This document shows, one piece after another, positions 56,419-64,000 of a stretch of DNA of 64,000 bases (within the stretch, counting starts at the first letter, position 1; each line of letters starts with the position of its first letter). This stretch comes from the human T2T-CHM13v2.0 reference genome, Homo sapiens. The notes under the pieces were generated by a model, which did not search any database, had not been told where the DNA came from, and saw only the letters and a program-made list of their open reading frames with translations. The position numbers and the translations under genes are program-made. The stretch lies in NCBI RefSeq assembly GCF_009914755.1, contig NC_060934.1. One strand, 5' to 3'.

Positions 56419-57182
56419 ACACACAGGCATGCCCATGTGCACATACGCCACACACATACATGCACATGCACACACAACATCTACACATATGATGCACATG
56501 CAAACACAGCAGAGACATGCACATACACACATGCACACACCACAAGCACAGGCATGCACACACATGAGTGCACATAGAAATACGTGTATGCACATAACAT
56601 GCACACGAACACATGCACCCATAACAGATATATACATAATGCACATGCACACACAACATGCATGTGCCTACCACAAACATGCAAATGCACACACAAACAC
56701 ATGCATGCACACAATGGGTACGTAAACACAAGTGCATGCAATAAACATGCATATATCCAAACATGTCTTCACAGATGTGCACATGGACACACACACATGC
56801 AAAAACACACACATGTGTTTGAACAACATACACATGCATTCAGCAGACATACACATGCATGCAGCAGACATACACAAACAACACATGTGCAACACACAGA
56901 CACTCAACACACGCACACAAACATCACACATGTGACACATAGACATACAACACATGCACACAAATATCACGTACCTATAACATGCATCCATATGCAGTGT
57001 GCACAATATATCCATGCACACACAACATATATATGTGCTACCCATAACACATGAATGTGATGTGACAAAAAGGTGCATGACACACATGCACATATCAATC
57101 CACATGCACCCCCACACCCAACACACATGCAACACACACATAGACAGACAACATGGACATACACATACACATGCACACACAG
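56419..57182. repeat. Long degenerate (CA)n/CATGCA low-complexity tract
   Basis: About 760 bp of acacacatgcacac variants; source of the His/Thr and Cys/Val ORFs. Confidence 0.92.
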
Positions 57183-57305
57183 AGATGAGGGCAGAGGGGC
57201 ATTTTGGATGTTTCAGACATAAAAATCTACACATTTAGAGAAGAGAAGTTGATAGCATTATTCTGAAAGATCTTAAGTATTACTGGATTTCAAAAATGAG
57301 AAATA

Positions 57306-57392
57306 GGTTGAGGCTGCAATGAGCTGTGATCATGCCACTGTACTTCAGCCTGAGCAACAGAGCAAGACTCTGTCTTGAAGAAAAAGAAAAAG
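57306..57392 (+). mobile_element. AluJ/FLAM 3' fragment
   Basis: aggttgaggctgcaatgagctgtgatcatgccactg...gactctgtct plus A-rich tail. Confidence 0.8.
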
Positions 57393-57649
57393 AGAGAGAA
57401 GTGAGAAGAGTTGTTATGCATGTTGTGATTTATGATTGTGTCATTCCTAAATGACTGACATTGGAAGACTACCATTGCTGGCAGCAGTTAAGCCTGGTTC
57501 ACCCAGCTGAGGAGCAGAGGAGCTAACCCTCTTCAGTTTGCTGGGCCAGACTGAGAAGGAGAGGGCTTGAGTAAAAGGTCAAAATTCATATCTAGGAAGA
57601 ACAGAGCTTTTAGAGATCAACTTGAGCTAATTCAGTTGTTTTGTCATAA

Positions 57650-58640
57650 TAATACTTTTAGCCCGAATATTATACATCTCCAGGAGTACTATCTTCCACT
57701 TCTGCAAATTGGCTTCTGAATACTACATTTTTTCATTCTTAAAAGTTCCATCTGGGTCTTCATTTATATCTTCTATTTCTCTCATTATATTCATGTTTTC
57801 CTTTACATTGTTCAGTATATTGTCAAGATTAATTACAGTTATTTTAAGGTTTTCCTGGTATTTTCATTATCCCTGCCATTTCTAGATCTGGTTTATTGAT
57901 TACTTTATGACTCATATTTTTCTTCTTCTTTCCATGCCTCATAAGTTCTGACTGAATGCTGGACATTGTGAACTTTGCACTGTTGAGTGCTGGATTTTGC
58001 TGTATTCCTTTAAAGAGTATTGGCCTTTGTTCTGGCATGCAGTTAAGTTATTGCAGATCATTTTCACTTTTATGAAATTTCATTTAAGTTTTGGTAATCT
58101 GGGTCAATAGCTTACTCAAGGACTACTTTAGCCCCACAGCTAAGGTATGTCCCTTCCTAGAACCCTCACCAATGCCTTGTCTGTTATGAGTGCTCTCCAC
58201 TCTAGTCCACAGAAACTCTTCCCAGCCCTGAGTAAGGCCCAGAAATTGTTTTAGTTTGCTGCTTTCTGGAGACAGTTTCTTCAAACTGAAGGATGTGCAG
58301 GTCAGTACTCCAACAAAAATGAGGGGGACCCTCTGATCATCTGAAAAACTCTCTTTGGGTATTTCCTTCCTTAAAGAGCTCTGCCTCACACAGTTTAGCC
58401 CCCTTTGCATCCTGAAATCATTTCTGGGTCTTCACCATTCAGCACAATCTCCAGGCCTTGTTTCAATTTCCACTCTTTGAAAGGTGGCCTGAAAACTACT
58501 TTCAGGCACTGACCTGAGGCAATTTGAGAGCTCACCTTGTCTGTTTCTCTTTTGTCATAAATTTCTACCCTGGGCCACCAGTTATCCAATGTCTGAAGAG
58601 CATTGTTTTGTGTATATTTCACACAATTATACCGGGAGGG
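57650..58640 (-). mobile_element. Ancient L1M 5'-region fragment
   Basis: tgctggacattgtgaactttgcactgttgagtgctggattttgctgtattcctttaaagag is typical of antisense L1MC/MD 5' regions. Confidence 0.6.
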
Positions 58641-58701
58641 CATTCCTGTAGTCTTGATGCTTCATCATTTTAATGAATGTAAAATTTAGCATAATTAATG
58701 C

Positions 58702-58745
<44 letters not shown>

Positions 58746-58763
58746 CAGAGAGAGAGAAAGAGT

Positions 58764-58799
<36 letters not shown>
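58702..58799. repeat. (CA)n(GA)n compound microsatellite
   Basis: Short CA run then about 85 nt of GA repeats. Confidence 0.92.
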
Positions 58800-60056
58800 T
58801 CTGCCAGGAGACACATATGGTCATACAAAGTATCTATCTTCCAGAAAGGACTTTCTCATTGACATCAAGTGCACTCACCAGCCTTGTATACAGAAGGCTT
58901 TCTCTGAATCAGACAGAAAATTCTAACCAGCTCTACAGGAGGCAAGGCCCTCCAAGAGGTGCAGAGAGATAGGACCATCGGTCTCCGGATCTCCTAACCT
59001 CAGGTCCTGCACCAATGACAGCGACAGCGGCTGGCTGAGTTTTAGGCCTTACTTATAAAGGGGCAGCGTTCCTCTGCATGAATCTTTGCCACTAACATCT
59101 CAAACTCCACAAATTTTAATAGTCAAAAACTCTTGCTATCATCTCTCATGCTAATAAACAATGCTAAATGGCCAACACCGATTAGGATTATCGCGTTTAG
59201 ATTCTATTCTGATTAACTTACCCTACCAAGTTTATGTGCACAACAATTACATTATTTATAAGGAAGGAAGCACTTAATATATCACAGAAATACAATATAA
59301 AATGAATGAATGACACTAGGTATGTAGGTCTTCAAGATTAAAGAAAAATAAACACGTGGGGAGTGGTAGAATAATTGCATTATTATTTTCCCTCTAGTAA
59401 CAATTAGCACTATACATCTTTCTCCTGATTCAAATGCAGTACATGGTGAATGAGTATTTTGACCTCAAACTGTCCAAATTGAAGATGGATAGATATTGCA
59501 GCTATATCCGCAGAAGTCGTGAGAGTTCTTCCTGGGGCCGGTTCTGGTAGAAATTCAGTGTCTCCTGCAATAGGATGGCCATAGTGGTGCATGTCTTTTG
59601 CTCATGGACCAGCAGGACAATCGCCATTTAAAGGGGATGCCCTCAGAGCTGTTTCTCCAGGAAGTAGATGTGTCTTCAGATTGAATAAGGAGATCAGTGT
59701 CTCTCTCACTTGGAGGCCCACAAAATGCAGCAATAAACCAAGGTAAATTTTTAAAGCATGTAACATTGCTTGCAGAATACATTGCTGTTTCTTTTTTCTG
59801 CCACCCACAGACATAAAATAGCAATTCATCTAAGAACCAGGAAAGACAACTAGATTTTCTTTCAGCCAAAATAGAAAGTTCTGGACAACACATGAGTAAC
59901 TTACAGTATCAGTTTTATCTTGAGCTCCTTTTTCTACAACAAGATTAACCCCAGCAACGGTTTTGCTGCTTCCATAAGGGTTTTTTTTTTAATTAATTTT
60001 TTTTTGGTTCAATTCTGCTTCTTCTATAAGGTTGTTTTTAAAAATGTAAATTGGCA

Positions 60057-60339
<283 letters not shown>

Positions 60340-61450
60340 CTAAAACAAAAAATGTATAAAAACTTCAAAAACAAATATCCCTGAAAAAAAAAAAGTCATG
60401 GTCAAATCTGCTGTGGAATGAAAGAAATACCAGGGTAGAAAATAAGAAAGAGCTTTTCACTTTTACTAAGGACAGAGCCGTCTTCCCACACAGTACATGC
60501 CTCTAAATGGCAATGCCTGGTTTACAGTTCGGGTTTTTGCCTGCAGCTACTTTCTTCAGGAAAAGATAAACTCTGCGTCCTACTTTTACTTAAACCATAT
60601 ATAGACGAGTCTCACCAGGAGGCTTTTGAGGATTGTGAAACAGGACCGGAACATGCCTATTAGTGGATGTCTGGAGCGCACAGTGAGAAAATGCACATGC
60701 ACCATTGCTTTCCCTAAAGCTACCATTCTAAAAATTATTATTAAAAGCTCAAAACCCACTTGGAAGATATGTTCATGCCTATTGACAGGCAACAAGAAAG
60801 TCAAATATAAATGTAATAAGCCTCCACCAGAAAGTGGGGGGAAGAAGTTTTGATCTCTTAGACCAAGATTTAATCAGGTTTTTGGTTTTTTTTAAGAACA
60901 TAGGGAATGCATTCTGTTTATGATTTTCTCAGAATAGGTCTTTTTAATTTCAGAATGTATACATTTCTTAAACTTGGCCAGGCTATTAGTAATATCCGCT
61001 GTAAGTGTGGCATCACCACTCTCTCCCTTTGTACGCCCTAGAGGAAGAGAAACAAATGAGAGATCATCAAATCAACCTCACAATTACACAACCAATTATC
61101 TAAAAATGTTCAGAAGATGCTGGCACTAGATACCAAAGTTTTCAAGATTGATTCCTGGCTTTTTTGTGTGTCTGCAGGAGTGCTAACTTCCCTTTGAGGA
61201 AAACCAAGCAAGAGTCTCCATGAGGATAAGAAAAATGATGAGTAATATCAGCACGACTATGCCCTGAGTAAGGTGCCAGTGACATAAAAGAGACACATCA
61301 CCCTCGTTTAGCAGAGTTAGAGGTGTCGAATCCTCCTTAAGTAGAATAGTGATTGTGGGATGCTAATGATTTTTTAAAATCTACACTCCTTGTTTTTCCT
61401 ATGTCTTCTACATTTTCTGCACTGAGCATATGTTAGTGGTTTTATCTTTT

Positions 61451-61766
61451 CTTCTTTCTTTCTTTCTTTTTTTTTTTTTGAGATGGAGTCTTGCTCTGTT
61501 GCCCAGGCTGGTGTGCAATGGTACCATCTCAGCTCACTGCAGCCTCCGCCTCCTGGGTTCAAGTGATTTTCCTGCCTCAGCCTCCCTCCTGAGTAGCTGG
61601 GATTACAGGTGCCCACCACTGCACCCAGCTAATTTTTGTATTTTTAGTAGAGACAGGGGTTTCACCATGTTAGTTAGGCTGGTCTTGAAATACTGACCTC
61701 AGGTGATCTGCCTGCCTCGGCCTCCCAAAGTGCTGGGATTACAGGCGTGAGCCACTGTACCCGGCC
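61451..61766 (-). mobile_element. AluSx-type
   Basis: Antisense dimeric Alu; TSD-like ttttatcttttc/ttttatattttc. Confidence 0.92.
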
Positions 61767-63599
61767 ATGATTTTATATTTTCAAAAGAAGAGAATCATGT
61801 TTAGTATGGGCAGGTGGAAAACAAAGAACATCCTTGTTTCCCAGATTGGAAATGGACATGAGTGGCAAGGCAGAGACCAGTTGCAGCCTCTCTAAGAATA
61901 TCCTGACTCTGTCAAGTGAGCATCAGAAACCCAGCCTGCAGACACCCTGAGCTGGCCATAATGTGTAAAGCTGGTGTATCCTGTAAAGGTGCTTGGTAAA
62001 TGCTCTTGTTAAAATCTGAACATGCATTCAGCCTGCAAATATGTAAAAGCAAAACAATATCCCCACTTATGCACTGATACAAATAGAGGGACGCACGTAG
62101 GTGATAAAATACTGAGTCAGACTTCCACGTCACTTGTAACCTGTGTCTGTGCCTGCAGAGGAAACCTCTGTGTGTGGGCTGTCCCATGTGTGTACGTGTG
62201 TGTCTGTGTGTGCATGCATCCACTCATGCATGCCTGCGTGTCTGTGTTGCTAAATCCCGAAGGCTGGTTAATGCTTGGGTAAACTCATTGTCTAAGGGAG
62301 CTCTAGACAGTGTTACCTTCAAAACGGAGCAAAGCAACCGACGCAGAATGTTCACTCATCTCAGAGAAATGAGGCACCAAAGCAAGAAGCGTTGAGAGTT
62401 GCTCTAGGGGCTGATAAACGGGTGAAAAAATTACCAATCTGCTCTTCTCAAGATGTGACCTGGACAGATTTGGAAGACGTGTGAAAAGCCAGCCAGCAGA
62501 ATTGGACCTCAGCCACAGCACTTTTCCAGAGATAATCTTCAAAAACGTCTGAAACTCTATCAAATTCCCAGTTCTCCTTGCCCTAGAAATCCTCCTTTGA
62601 GCCCAAATTCACCTCTAAAAAGCGTTTGCTCCCAGGTAATGGTGTTCAGAAATAAGAGGAAGGTGAAGATGAAGGAAGGAGAATGTCTTGCCCCTTGGAG
62701 ACGCACAGAAGCCCCAACTCTCAGCTGTCCGGAGCTGACTCTCATCTTGTAAACATTGCTTCTGAGAAGGACACTGCAGGCAGAAGTGCTTCTCTCCTTC
62801 CAGCCTCAAGGGTTCAGACCCTCTCCCCTTTCTGCGGTTCACTCATCCCTCACCAATGCAGGGCCCTGGAGCAGCAGGAAACGTGGGGATGGCATGGGTG
62901 GCTGTGCTCCCTCCCCGTGGCCCAGGGATCCTGCAGCGTAGAATCAGTCATAGAAAACATCTAAGTTTGTACAGATTGAGGATTTAACTGGGGTGTATTT
63001 TCCCAGAGGAGATAGTCATCAAAGCAACTGATCTATAGGAACGTTCGATAAATATTTCTTAATAAATAGAGTTGATACGGTATTAATCTGAGACATAGGC
63101 TCCTTTCATGGCAGGAAACCTTGCTGTACCTTAATTCTCCATTGAAGAGGTTCGTGCCCCTCTTTCTCTCATCTATTACTGCATTGATTTGTTCATCTAA
63201 TCAACACGTACCAATGAGATCGCAGCCATGGGCAGGCCCCGGGTTAGAAGCCAGGATAAGTATTTACGGTGGAGAACATGAGAGGTGGGATACACAGGGG
63301 AACGCCCGTGCCTGAACCTAAGAGGTGTGACTCTACCAAGTGGGAAAGGCAAGCACGCATCATGCCAGTGCAAAATTACAAACAGAGACGACCAGCCGTT
63401 GAAGTCAAGACACACACATGTTGTGGCACCAGCGTATGGGGGCCTGGGCTAGTCTGGGCTACCACAAGAGCAGCATTTTCCTGAGGTCTGCAGAGTCCGC
63501 CCTTCTTAAGCGACATGGGCCCCAGAGAACAGGGCAAGGGACCCTGCAGGAGGAGGCCCCCCAAGGAGCCGAGAGAAGGACCCGAGAAGGAACCGGGAC

Positions 63600-64000
63600 C
63601 TGAGAAGGAAAGGCTAAGGGAGAGATGGACTGAGAGGGCGTGGGGCCTCATCGCCACGTTAAGGATTTGGGTCTTCATCAAAAGATCATTGAAAAGCCAC
63701 CTAAGCAGTTTAGACACAAGAGGGACTGAATGTGTAAAAGGCCACTCCAGCTGCAAGCGCAGTATGGGATGAAAATGAGCGCCAGAAACAGATGAGAGAA
63801 GGTGAGGTTCCACCGCGAATGCAGCCATGGAGACAGAGAACAATGTACAGGGTACAGCTAGGGAGCAAGATCGGGGGAGTTAGCAATGGACTGTGTGGGG
63901 CTGGGGAGAAAAAAGAGGGAGGGAGGGAAGGAGGGAAGTGGGGAGGGAGGGAGGGCCGGGGATGACTGCCGGATTTCTGGCATGAACAACTGCGCAGACT
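63600..64000 (-). mobile_element. L2 fragment
   Basis: gccacgttaaggatttgggtcttcatc; gatgactgccggatttctgggcatgaacaactg antisense L2 motifs. Confidence 0.55.

Noticed and set aside
56259-57238. Cys/Val and His/Thr-rich ORFs
   Set aside because: Translations of CA/TG low-complexity sequence.
59434-59550. Short protein-like ORF MQYMVNEYFDLKLSK...
   Set aside because: Under 40 codons, unrecognised, and no supporting splice structure.

Overview
Primate (very likely human) non-coding genomic DNA, intergenic or deep intronic. It holds about 20 Alu elements or fragments, several L1 fragments, ancient L2/MIR, solo LTRs (MER4A1, MER57, MLT1) and a decayed ERVL provirus, plus micro- and minisatellites. 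No host protein-coding gene, RNA gene or CRISPR array can be supported; the recognisable ORFs come from Alu, L1, ERVL or simple repeats. I cannot identify the locus and found no evidence for a new biological system. The most unusual structures are fossil rearrangements: (1) an AluJ split by a multi-step template-switch insertion that creates a ~185-bp inverted repeat around a copy of sequence 1.7 kb away (47094-49402); (2) a short L1PA whose inverted part comes from the 5'UTR, giving a splice-acceptor plus poly(A) trap-like cassette (26597-27210); (3) a 41-bp copy of the ERVL protease motif region pasted into its own LTR; (4) candidate minus-strand exons and microexons at 49-56 kb. Repeat subfamily names and ancient-element boundaries are from recalled consensus sequences and are approximate.
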